Positions 46,810 to 55,617 of a DNA stretch of 64,000 bases are shown piece after piece. Source of the DNA: Patescibacteria group bacterium (lineage in GTDB: Bacteria > Patescibacteriota > UBA1384 > XYA2-FULL-43-10 > 1-14-0-10-43-13). Location: the NCBI GenBank assembly GCA_041674765.1, contig JBAYVE010000003.1, forward strand, positions 2,040 to 66,039, written 5' to 3'. Positions within the stretch are counted from its first letter, which is position 1. Each line of letters opens with the position of its first letter. Position numbers and translations under genes: made by a program. The notes below the pieces were generated by a model that saw only the letters and a program-made list of their open reading frames with translations, was not told the DNA's origin and did not search any database.

Positions 46810-49800
46810 ATGGCAAAAGAATATGATTTTAAGACAATCGAAAGAAAGTGGCAAGATTATTGGGATAAAATTAGTTACGGCAAGTCCGAGGATTTTTCTG
46901 ATAAGCCCAAGAGCTATCAGCTAGTTGAATTCCCCTACCCTTCAGGCTATGGTCTCCATGTCGGTCATTGCATGGGTTATGGCGCTTCGGATATATATTC
47001 CAGAATGCTTCGGATGCAGGGATTCAACGTGATGTATCCGATGGGTTGGGACGCTTTTGGCTTGCCTACGGAGAATTTTGCAATCAAAACCAAGCAGAAA
47101 CCTCAGATAATTACCGAGCAGGCCGTTAAGACTTTTAAAACGCAGATGAAATCTCTTGGTTATTCATTTGATTGGGACAGAGAAATCAATACGACTGATC
47201 CTGACTATTATAAATGGACTCAATGGGTATTTTTGCAATTTTATAAACACTCATACCAAAATGGTAGATTAGTACCCGTCGCTGACGATGACAGGACAAC
47301 ACCCAGACTTGCTTTCCAGGCAGAAATGCCGGTCAATTGGTGTCCTTCTTGTAAAATTGTTTTAGCAAACGAGGAAGTCGTTGCCGGCGCTTGTGAGAGA
47401 TGCAAAACCGAGGTGTCTAAGAAATCTCAGAAGCAGTGGATGCTTCGAATTACCGCCTATGCCGATAGATTGATCAAGGATTTGGATACTGTTGATTATT
47501 TGGACAAAATTAAGACTCAGCAGATCAATTGGATTGGTAGAAGTGAAGGCACGGAAATAGAATTCAAGATTCAAAAAAATAAGGAATTCAATTCCGAAAT
47601 TACATACACCCCACCTAGCCTCCCCTCTAAAAGGGGAGGAAATGAGTTCGAGGATGACACTATTTTATTCAATGGCAAGAAGAAGGTTATCAAGGTTTTT
47701 ACGACTCGAGCAGATACACTTTTTGGTTGTACTTATGTTGTTTTATCGCCAGAATGCACTTTGTTGCAGGAACTGAAACCTCAAATAACAAATTGGGATG
47801 AGATCGTCGCCTATGTTGAAAATGCTGCAAAGAAATCTGACTTAGAACGGATGGAATTGGAAAAAGATAAAACCGGTGTAGAATTGGCTGGAATTAAGGC
47901 AGTAAATCCAATTAATGGCGAAGAAGTACCTGTTTTTGTGGCGGATTATGTCTTAGCGAGCTATGGAACGGGTGCTGTGATGGCTGTGCCGGCTCATGAT
48001 GACCGGGATTTTGAATTTGCTAAGAAGTATCATTTACCAATAAAGCAAGTCGTAATTCCGGTTTTTGGTGAAAAACATGAAAATGAAGAAACAAGAAATA
48101 CAATTACTGCTGTTGTTAAGAGGAAAAGTGATGGTAAATTTTTGTTAATATCTTGGAAAGGTTTCGGTTGGTATTCAACTGTGGTTGGTGGTATCGAGCT
48201 GGACGAAACACCAGAAGAAGCCGCTGAGCGGGAGGTTTTAGAGGAAACTGGTTACAAAGTCAATGCGATCGAAAAGATTGGTGGAATTACTGAAGCTCAT
48301 TTCTATCATGATGGCAAAAAAATCTGGCGAAAGCGTTTTGACCAACCAGTCTTTTGCGAACTGATTGATGAGAAACTTATTCAGAAGGCAGAAATTGATA
48401 AGCATGCCCCTCTTTGGCTTGACGGGAAAGAGGCATTAGAGAAAATAACTCATTATGATAATAAGATTGGACTGGCCAGATACTTGAACGGTAATTATTC
48501 AAACACAGACTATGGTATTCTAATAAATTCCGATGGTTACGATGGTTTAAGCTCAGCAGATGCCAAGAGAAAAATCACCGAAAAGCTGAAAGAAATTGGC
48601 GCTGGCGATTTTACTATCAATTTCAAGTTGCGTGACTGGATTTTCTCCCGCCAGCATTATTGGGGTGAACCGATTCCGATCGTTCACTGTGATCCGCAAG
48701 CTGGCGGATGCGGAGTTGTGCCTTTGGGTGAGAAGGATTTACCGTTGACCCTACCGGATGTTGAAAACTATGAGCCGACAGAAACCGGCGAATCCCCTCT
48801 TGCAAAGATTACTGATTGGGTCGAAACAACCTGTCCGAAATGTGGCGGGAAAGCTATGCGCGAGACAGATACAATGCCAAACTGGGCTGGCTCATCTTGG
48901 TACTTCATCGCTTATGCTCTAAATCAAAACTTAAAACTCAAAAGTCAAAAAGAAGGAAATCTATTTGATGATAATAGCAAAGAAGTCGATTATTGGATGC
49001 CGGTAGACTTATATAATGGCGGAATGGAACATACAACCCTTCATCTGCTATATTCCCGTTTCTGGCATAAATTTCTGTACGATTTGGGGAAAGTGCCCGG
49101 AGCAGAGCCTTATTCTAAGCGTATTGCTCACGGCATAATTTTGGGACCCGATGGCAGGAAGATGAGCAAATCTTTTGGCAATGTGATCAATCCAGATGAT
49201 ATCGTTAAACAATTTGGTGCGGATACTTTGAGAGCTTATATTGCTTTTATTGGTCCGTACGATCAGGAATCGGCCTGGAGTACCGCTGGTGTTCAGGGAG
49301 TATTTCGCTGGCTGAAACGGCTTTGGAATAATATTGATAAAGTTGACGACTTCAAAGATGAAGATCAGCTGCTAGTTAAGCTAAATCAAACTATCGTCGG
49401 CGTGACCGATGATATCAGAGAGTTTCGTCTAAATACAGTAATTTCCAAGCTGATGGAGATGAATAATATGATCGAAAAAACAGGTAAAATTTCTCGTGAT
49501 TTATACAATAAATATTTGAGGTTGCTTTACCCGGCCGTGCCTCACATCGCCTCAGAATTGTGGGAGATAGCTCAATTTGAGGGAAAAATTGAAGAACAAG
49601 AATGGCCAGAGGCAGATACTAAATATTTGATCTCGGAAACTATTGAAATCGTTGTTCAAATCAATGGTAAGGTGCGGGATAAATTAACCGTTTCTTCAGA
49701 AATTACCGAAGAGGAAATGAAAAAAGAAGCATTGAATTTGGAAAAAGTTCAACAGTTTGTGCAAGGCAAAGAGATTGTAAAAACAATAGTAGTGCCAAAG

Positions 49801-49827
49801 AAGCTTGTTAGTATCGTAATCAAATAG
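46810..49827 (+). CDS. leuS: Leucine--tRNA ligase with inserted Nudix domain
   Basis: FPYPSG...HVGH, KMSKS, GTGAVMAVPAHD; Nudix box GGIELDETPEEAAEREVLEETG. Confidence 0.97.
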   Translation: MAKEYDFKTIERKWQDYWDKISYGKSEDFSDKPKSYQLVEFPYPSGYGLHVGHCMGYGASDIYSRMLRMQGFNVMYPMGWDAFGLPTENFAIKTKQKPQIITEQAVKTFKTQMKSLGYSFDWDREINTTDPDYYKWTQWVFLQFYKHSYQNGRLVPVADDDRTTPRLAFQAEMPVNWCPSCKIVLANEEVVAGACERCKTEVSKKSQKQWMLRITAYADRLIKDLDTVDYLDKIKTQQINWIGRSEGTEIEFKIQKNKEFNSEITYTPPSLPSKRGGNEFEDDTILFNGKKKVIKVFTTRADTLFGCTYVVLSPECTLLQELKPQITNWDEIVAYVENAAKKSDLERMELEKDKTGVELAGIKAVNPINGEEVPVFVADYVLASYGTGAVMAVPAHDDRDFEFAKKYHLPIKQVVIPVFGEKHENEETRNTITAVVKRKSDGKFLLISWKGFGWYSTVVGGIELDETPEEAAEREVLEETGYKVNAIEKIGGITEAHFYHDGKKIWRKRFDQPVFCELIDEKLIQKAEIDKHAPLWLDGKEALEKITHYDNKIGLARYLNGNYSNTDYGILINSDGYDGLSSADAKRKITEKLKEIGAGDFTINFKLRDWIFSRQHYWGEPIPIVHCDPQAGGCGVVPLGEKDLPLTLPDVENYEPTETGESPLAKITDWVETTCPKCGGKAMRETDTMPNWAGSSWYFIAYALNQNLKLKSQKEGNLFDDNSKEVDYWMPVDLYNGGMEHTTLHLLYSRFWHKFLYDLGKVPGAEPYSKRIAHGIILGPDGRKMSKSFGNVINPDDIVKQFGADTLRAYIAFIGPYDQESAWSTAGVQGVFRWLKRLWNNIDKVDDFKDEDQLLVKLNQTIVGVTDDIREFRLNTVISKLMEMNNMIEKTGKISRDLYNKYLRLLYPAVPHIASELWEIAQFEGKIEEQEWPEADTKYLISETIEIVVQINGKVRDKLTVSSEITEEEMKKEALNLEKVQQFVQGKEIVKTIVVPKKLVSIVIK

Positions 49828-50089
49828 TCGGATAGCCTTGCCGTGATTCGGACACCCTTTAATTATCTTGTCTTATTGTTCGAACCTGTCGAGAACTCTG
49901 TCATAAGTAGTACTACAACAAACTTCTCGACTCCAAGAACATCGCTCGAAGAATAACGGTACTGTCTAGGTTTTCGAAAAGCACGGATAAACTTGGAGTT
50001 GATATTTTGTGCTAAATGTGCAATAATAAGCCTACCGAAAAATTTTTGATTAATTTGTCAAAATAACTAATAACCAATCTAGGAATACA

Positions 50090-50275
50090 ATGGCCGAACC
50101 AAAGAAACGAACGAATAACTCAAAGCAGGGTATGCGGAGAATGCACGACAAAATCGCTAAACCAAGCCTCACTTTTTGCGAGAAATGTCATGAACCGAAG
50201 TTACCTCATGTGGTCTGTTATAACTGCGGAACTTACGCAAAAAAACAGGTCTTGAGTGTCGACTCCAGCAAATAG
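50090..50275 (+). CDS. rpmF: 50S ribosomal protein L32
   Basis: MAEPKKR...CEKC...PHVVCYNCGTY. Confidence 0.95.
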   Translation: MAEPKKRTNNSKQGMRRMHDKIAKPSLTFCEKCHEPKLPHVVCYNCGTYAKKQVLSVDSSK

Positions 50276-50303
50276 TATATAACTTTATCACAAAGCGAGG
50301 AAT

Positions 50304-50723
50304 ATGAACCGGCATCTTTCAAGAATGATTGCAATGCAAACTCTCTATGAATGGCAATTTCGTGATGGCTCTGATCTGTCGGAGATTGAAGAGAGAAATT
50401 CGGGCGAGTATGAGGAGAAATGTGAGCGTGAGTTTATTCACGAGGTTGTCAGTGGTGTGTCGAAGGATCTACCCGAGCTTATAAAGATTCTTGATGAATC
50501 AGCGCCCGAGTGGCCAGTCGATCAAATTTCCCTTATCGACAAAACGATCCTGTATATTTCTATCTACGAGCTTTTAAAATTGAAGGATGTGCCGCCAAAG
50601 GTCTCAATCAACGAAGCGGTTGAACTATCAAAGCAATTTGGAGGCGAGAATTCGTCCAAGTTTGTAAACGGAGTCCTTGGGACTGTCTTTAAAAAGTATG
50701 AGAAGGAGATTGAAAATAAATGA
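50304..50723 (+). CDS. nusB: Transcription antitermination factor NusB
   Basis: [17 protein letters not shown]...FVNGVL. Confidence 0.95.
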   Translation: MNRHLSRMIAMQTLYEWQFRDGSDLSEIEERNSGEYEEKCEREFIHEVVSGVSKDLPELIKILDESAPEWPVDQISLIDKTILYISIYELLKLKDVPPKVSINEAVELSKQFGGENSSKFVNGVLGTVFKKYEKEIENK

Positions 50724-51442
50724 ATAATGAATGGAAAACTCAGGATCTATCTGAGTTTGAAAAAATAATTGGGGTACAATTTAAGGATAAATCACTTCTA
50801 GAGACAGTATTTATTCACAGATCGTATCTCAACGAACACAAGTCCTTGGGACTTGAGCAGAATGAAAGACTCGAATTTTTGGGCGATGCAGTTTTAGAGC
50901 TTGCAGCGACTAGATTTCTGTATGAAAATTATGACCGTCCGGAAGGTGAATTGACGAACTGGAGAAGCGCACTTGTCAAAGGCGAATCTCTCTCCGAAGA
51001 AGCTAAGAGGATCGGAATGGATCCCTATATTAAAACTTCTCGTGGTGAGTCGAAAAATATCGGTAAAGCCAGAGATATTATACTCGCGAATGCTTTCGAA
51101 GCTCTGATCGGAGCTATCTATCTTGACCGAGGAATGGATATCGCGTCAGAATTTGTCCTTAAGAATATATGTTATAAGCTGGAAGATATTTTAGAAGCTG
51201 GCGCTTATCAAGATGCTAAAAGCAAATTCCAGGAGAATTCTCAGGAACAATTCGGTATTACACCGACATATCAGGTTCTAAAAGAAGAAGGTCCTGATCA
51301 CTCAAAAATATTTACTGTTGGCGCATATCTAAATCAAAAAAAGGTTAGTGAAGGCTCAGGTCCTTCAAAACAAAGAGCTCAGATTGATGCCGCAGCGAAT
51401 GCAATTGATCATTGGGGCGAGATCGAAGACCAGATAAGATAG
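50720..51442 (+). CDS. rnc: Ribonuclease III
   Basis: [12 protein letters not shown] plus dsRBD. Confidence 0.97.
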   Translation: MNNEWKTQDLSEFEKIIGVQFKDKSLLETVFIHRSYLNEHKSLGLEQNERLEFLGDAVLELAATRFLYENYDRPEGELTNWRSALVKGESLSEEAKRIGMDPYIKTSRGESKNIGKARDIILANAFEALIGAIYLDRGMDIASEFVLKNICYKLEDILEAGAYQDAKSKFQENSQEQFGITPTYQVLKEEGPDHSKIFTVGAYLNQKKVSEGSGPSKQRAQIDAAANAIDHWGEIEDQIR

Positions 51443-51513
51443 TCTGATGGTCTGATGGTCTATTGGTCCAAGAGTCAGACGGTCATATAGTGGGAAAGTC
51501 TAATAGTCTTGAT
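51442..51513. repeat. Degenerate 8-mer tandem repeat (GTCTGATG-like)
   Basis: GTCTGATG GTCTGATG GTCTATTG GTCCAAGA GTCAGACG GTCATATA... Confidence 0.75.
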
Positions 51514-51555
51514 GAGAAAAATAGTTTTGACATCAATATAGATTGAGGTGATAAA

Positions 51556-51912
51556 TTGACCATAAGTAATTTCGAAGAACTTAAGGTTTGGCAAGAATCT
51601 ATTGATTTAGCATCATTTTGTTATAGAACGCTTAAAGATTGCAGAGATTATAGTTTCAAGGATCAGCTTTGTCGTGCAGTTGTGTCTATCTCGAATAACA
51701 TAGCTGAAGGTTTTGCAAGACAAGGAGATAAAGAATTTAAGCAATTCCTTTATATTGCAAAAGGATCATGCGCCGAAGTGAGGTCTATGTCTTTCCTGGC
51801 AAAAGACTTAGGGTATATATCAGTAGAGCAATATGACATTATCCAAGAGAAAACTTTATTAATAACTAAAATGCTCTCAAAGCTGATTACTTACCTAAGA
51901 AATTCCAAATAA
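51556..51912 (+). CDS. Four-helix-bundle protein (23S rRNA IVP / bAvd-like family)
   Basis: FEELKVWQ, DQLCRAVVSISNNIAEGF, FLYIAKGSCAEV. Confidence 0.9.
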   Translation: MTISNFEELKVWQESIDLASFCYRTLKDCRDYSFKDQLCRAVVSISNNIAEGFARQGDKEFKQFLYIAKGSCAEVRSMSFLAKDLGYISVEQYDIIQEKTLLITKMLSKLITYLRNSK

Positions 51913-51930
51913 CTCAACTCGCAATAACCT

Positions 51931-52033
51931 GTCCAACAGTCCAGTGGTCAATTTGTCTACAGTCCATTGGTCTAATAGTCTAACTGACTAACAGACCATG
52001 CGACTGTCCTGACTATCAGACTATCCGACTATT
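51931..52033. repeat. 8-mer repeat array whose orientation inverts midway
   Basis: GTCCAACA GTCCAGTG...GTCTAATA then GACTAACA GACCATGC...GACTATCA GACTATCC. Confidence 0.75.
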
Positions 52034-52993
52034 TTATCTTGGCCAAATTATATTCTGCCAACCCCAATCAAGCAGCTTTCTGGACTCCTCGGCAGAGGCC
52101 GAAGGAGTGTCGGCATTTGTCTTTAATACTATCGAAATAAGAGTATGGCCATTTCTGGTGGCCGCACCGACTAGACAGTGACCGGCCTCGGGCATATAGC
52201 CAGTTTTGACGCCAATTGCGCCAGAATAATCCCACTCATTTACCAACCGATTTGAATTGTTGAGTTCATGCCAGATTTTGCCCGTAATATCCCTAACTGA
52301 GGTTTGCTTTATTTGAACTATTTCAGCGAAAATGGGCTTTTTTAGCGCATATTTTGTAATCAGATAAAGGTCGAAGGCCGATGAGTATCCGGTTACATCT
52401 AGTCCTGCCGGATCATGATATTCCGTGTCATTCATCCCAAGCTCTTTGGCCTTGGCGTTCATTTTTGAATTAAACTTTGCGATACCGGTTTCGCCAGGCT
52501 TATTCATATATTCAGCCAAAGCAATAGCCGCCCCGTTTGCAGATTTTATCAGCAGACATTTGAGTAAATCTCCTACAGTCATCTGTTCGCCTATAACAAG
52601 ATTTGCGCTAGCACCGATAGTGCTGGCTGCTTCTTTTGAAATAGTAACAACTTCATCTAAGTCGTAATTTTCTAGTACCACAACAGCCGTCATAATCTTG
52701 GTTGTAGAAGCGATTGGCACTCTCTGTTTTGCGGCTTTATTGGCAATAATCGTGCCTGATTCAGAATCTACCAGGATATAATTCTGTGCATAAATCAGAG
52801 GCTTCGCTGCAAATTCCTTGGTTTTCGGCGGTTCTTTGATCTCTGGCAGAGGTAAATTGATTGCTTCCGCCAATGCACTCTCTTGAGAACTGGCTGACTT
52901 TTGAATAATATCCCGGTCTATATTCAAAGAAGCCCCCGAAAATCCGAAGGTATTAAATATAATTGAAAAAATGATTAGTAACTTTTCGGTCAT
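52034..52993 (-). CDS. D-alanyl-D-alanine carboxypeptidase (peptidase S11)
   Basis: ASTTK (SxxK), SAN, KTG. Confidence 0.92.
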   Translation of the reverse strand: MTEKLLIIFSIIFNTFGFSGASLNIDRDIIQKSASSQESALAEAINLPLPEIKEPPKTKEFAAKPLIYAQNYILVDSESGTIIANKAAKQRVPIASTTKIMTAVVVLENYDLDEVVTISKEAASTIGASANLVIGEQMTVGDLLKCLLIKSANGAAIALAEYMNKPGETGIAKFNSKMNAKAKELGMNDTEYHDPAGLDVTGYSSAFDLYLITKYALKKPIFAEIVQIKQTSVRDITGKIWHELNNSNRLVNEWDYSGAIGVKTGYMPEAGHCLVGAATRNGHTLISIVLKTNADTPSASAEESRKLLDWGWQNIIWPR

Positions 52994-53715
52994 ACTATCC
53001 GTGATTTGGTAATTTCCATATATCCGCCATGCTTTAAATTCAAGTCGGCCAATTTCAGTTTACCAATCCTCGTACGTGTTAACTTAATTACGTTTAAACC
53101 AATTTTATCACACATCCGTCTGATCTGTCGATTATAGCCAGTGTGGAGAACCAAGCTGAAAGCAGAAAGCGGAAAGCTTAAGGCAGGGCTTTTGATTGAT
53201 CTAGCGACGTCGGCAATCATCAAATGACCATCAATCATAAAGCCGTTCTCGAACATCTTTGTAATTTCTTCGGGGCTTTTAGCTTTTTGCTTTGTGCTTT
53301 TAACTATAATTTCATACTCCTTTTCGTGCTCGAAGCTAGGATGAGTCAGATGGTTTGTTAGATCTCCGTCATTTGTCAAAATTATCAAACCTTCTGAGTC
53401 CGCATCGAGCCGGCCGACGGGATAAACTCTTGGTTCTTTCGGCACAAAGTCAAGCACCGTTTGCCTGCCGAGCTCGTCCTTGGCAGTAGAAACAACGCCT
53501 TTTGGCTTGTATAGAGCATAATACGTATATGCTGTCTGCAATTTGATAATCTTGCCTTTATATTCGACAATATCATGGTCTGGCTCTATTTTAGTCCCCA
53601 TCTCTGTTACCGGATTGCCATTGACTGTAATTTCGCCAGCCAAAATATGCTCGTCGGCTTCTCGACGAGAGAACAAACCTGCATCCGCTAAAAATTTATT
53701 CAAACGAATTAGCAT
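52990..53715 (-). CDS. rRNA pseudouridine synthase (RsuA/RluB family)
   Basis: S4 domain, PVGRLD, NRQIRRM. Confidence 0.92.
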   Translation of the reverse strand: MLIRLNKFLADAGLFSRREADEHILAGEITVNGNPVTEMGTKIEPDHDIVEYKGKIIKLQTAYTYYALYKPKGVVSTAKDELGRQTVLDFVPKEPRVYPVGRLDADSEGLIILTNDGDLTNHLTHPSFEHEKEYEIIVKSTKQKAKSPEEITKMFENGFMIDGHLMIADVARSIKSPALSFPLSAFSLVLHTGYNRQIRRMCDKIGLNVIKLTRTRIGKLKLADLNLKHGGYMEITKSRIV

Positions 53716-53719
53716 AGAA

Positions 53720-54046
53720 TCAACCTATGTATTCAAATTTTATGCCTGAGCTAAGGACATTGGCACCATTTGGTAATTCAATCAGATTATCGTGATCTTC
53801 ACGCGTTCCTTGGATTTTTATCTCGAAGTTGCTTCCTGATTCGCCAAATGCTTTCAGTCCAATCATGGCCGCGTCTGGATTGCTTGAGGTTAGAATATCG
53901 GTCGCATTCAAATTAACAAGAACAGAAGCTTCTTTCTTGAGTTGGCGCTTGAATTCCATCCATTCGATTCCATTCAATTCACCCTTTATATGACGAAGAT
54001 ATTCATCACTAATATCTTTTGGCGATATTGGTACAAATTCCGACAT
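53720..54046 (-). CDS. Hypothetical protein
   Basis: AAGGAG RBS; intact ORF. Confidence 0.6.
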   Translation of the reverse strand: MSEFVPISPKDISDEYLRHIKGELNGIEWMEFKRQLKKEASVLVNLNATDILTSSNPDAAMIGLKAFGESGSNFEIKIQGTREDHDNLIELPNGANVLSSGIKFEYIG

Positions 54047-54073
54047 AATTCTCCTTATATTTTCTACAAAATG

Positions 54074-55507
54074 TTAATCTCCGATAACTGTATCGGCACC
54101 TTTGATCTCTTTACCCTCGGCTTCTTTGCGGAGAGAGATATGAACGTCCTTCAGCTGCTGTTCTGAGACTCTGGAAGGGGCACCCATCATCAAGTCTTTG
54201 GCGTCTCCTGTCTTTGGGAACGGGATTACTTCGCGGATTGCATCTTCCTGAGCCAAAATAGCGCATATCCGGTCGACGCCGCCGGCAATACCGCCATGAG
54301 GAGGTGCACCATATTCAAAAGCTTCAAGCATATGGCCGAAGCGGCGCTTCTTTTCTTCTTCTGAAACGCCAAGTAGGTCGAATATTTTGTTCTGAATTTC
54401 CCTCTTATGAATTCGGATAGAACCGCCAAAGATCTCACTGCCGTTTAGTGCTAGGTCGTAAGCATAAGCTCGAACTTTTTCAGGGGCAGTATCTAGCAGA
54501 TGCAAGTCCTCTTTTCGAGGCATTGTAAACGGATGATGGCTTGAAACCAGCTTTTTATCAGTTTTTGAATACTTGAATAGCGGCGCGTCGATAATCCAGC
54601 AGAAAGCGAATTCCTTTTTGTCATTCTTATCCTCGCGAAGATCCGGTTTGTCTGTACCATATTTTTCCATTGCTTCAGCGTAAGTCATTCTGGGAAATGG
54701 CTTCTTGGTGATTTTGCCATCTGGAACCAGCATCTCTGTCATCTCGATCATCATCGGCTCGATCAGCTCCCAAATATCTTCTTGCGACACAAAGCTCATC
54801 TCAATATCAAGTTGGGTGAACTCGGGCTGACGATCCCCTCTTTGATCCTCGTCGCGGAAGCATTTGGGCAACTGAAAATATTTCTCCATTCCGGCGACCA
54901 TATAGAGCTGCTTGAATTGCTGTGGGCTTTGTGGCAACACATAAAATTCACCAGGATAGAGTCTGGAAGGCACTACAAACTCTCTGGCGCCTTCGGGTGT
55001 CGATTTGGTTAGAAACGGCGTCTCAAGCTCCTTGAAGTCTTTCTCCCAGAGATACTTCCTCATAAATTTCATCGCATTATCTCTGAGTTTGATATTTTTC
55101 TGCATTCGCTCGCTTCGAAGATCCAGATAGCGGTATTTCAGTCTTAATTCTTCGTCGATACCGGCAGTGTTTTTGTCTACCTCAAAAGGAGCGGTTTTGG
55201 CTTCGTTTAGGACTTCCATATCGACAGCTTCCATTTCGACGGTGCCGGAAACCATATTCGGGTTAACCATCTTCTCGGGGCGAGCCTTGATGAGGCCGGT
55301 AATCGAGACTACCCATTCAGGACGGACGGCCGCGATCTTCTCGTAAGCTTTAGATCCGGGCACGAACACTATTTGAAGAAGTCCTGTCCGGTCTCTAAGA
55401 TCAATAAAAATAATTTTGCCATGATCTCTTCGTGTATGAACCCAGCCCATGACAGTTATCTCGGTGCCTACTTTTCTGACTGTATCCTCAATAGTTGTAC
55501 GTTTCAT
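54074..55507 (-). CDS. aspS: Aspartate--tRNA ligase (short, lacks GAD insert)
   Basis: OB-fold FIDLRD, LPQSPQQFKQ, FRDED, PPHGG. Confidence 0.95.
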   Translation of the reverse strand: MKRTTIEDTVRKVGTEITVMGWVHTRRDHGKIIFIDLRDRTGLLQIVFVPGSKAYEKIAAVRPEWVVSITGLIKARPEKMVNPNMVSGTVEMEAVDMEVLNEAKTAPFEVDKNTAGIDEELRLKYRYLDLRSERMQKNIKLRDNAMKFMRKYLWEKDFKELETPFLTKSTPEGAREFVVPSRLYPGEFYVLPQSPQQFKQLYMVAGMEKYFQLPKCFRDEDQRGDRQPEFTQLDIEMSFVSQEDIWELIEPMMIEMTEMLVPDGKITKKPFPRMTYAEAMEKYGTDKPDLREDKNDKKEFAFCWIIDAPLFKYSKTDKKLVSSHHPFTMPRKEDLHLLDTAPEKVRAYAYDLALNGSEIFGGSIRIHKREIQNKIFDLLGVSEEEKKRRFGHMLEAFEYGAPPHGGIAGGVDRICAILAQEDAIREVIPFPKTGDAKDLMMGAPSRVSEQQLKDVHISLRKEAEGKEIKGADTVIGD

Positions 55508-55522
55508 TGTTACCTTTACCTA

Positions 55523-55608
55523 TTAATTTCTAATTTCAAATTTCTAATTTCTAATCAAATTCTCAAATTTCCATTTTTTAGGTTAATTAGGTCAATTAGA
55601 AATTAGGT
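55523..55608. repeat. Heptamer repeat array (AATTTCT) with inverted copies
   Basis: TAATTTC TAATTTC AAATTTC TAATTTC...AATTAGAAATTAG. Confidence 0.7.
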
Positions 55609-55617
55609 TAGTTTTAT

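Noticed and set aside
51442-52033. CRISPR array or diversity-generating retroelement around the bAvd-like gene
   Set aside because: Repeats are degenerate 8-mers without spacers; no cas genes, reverse transcriptase or TR/VR pair seen
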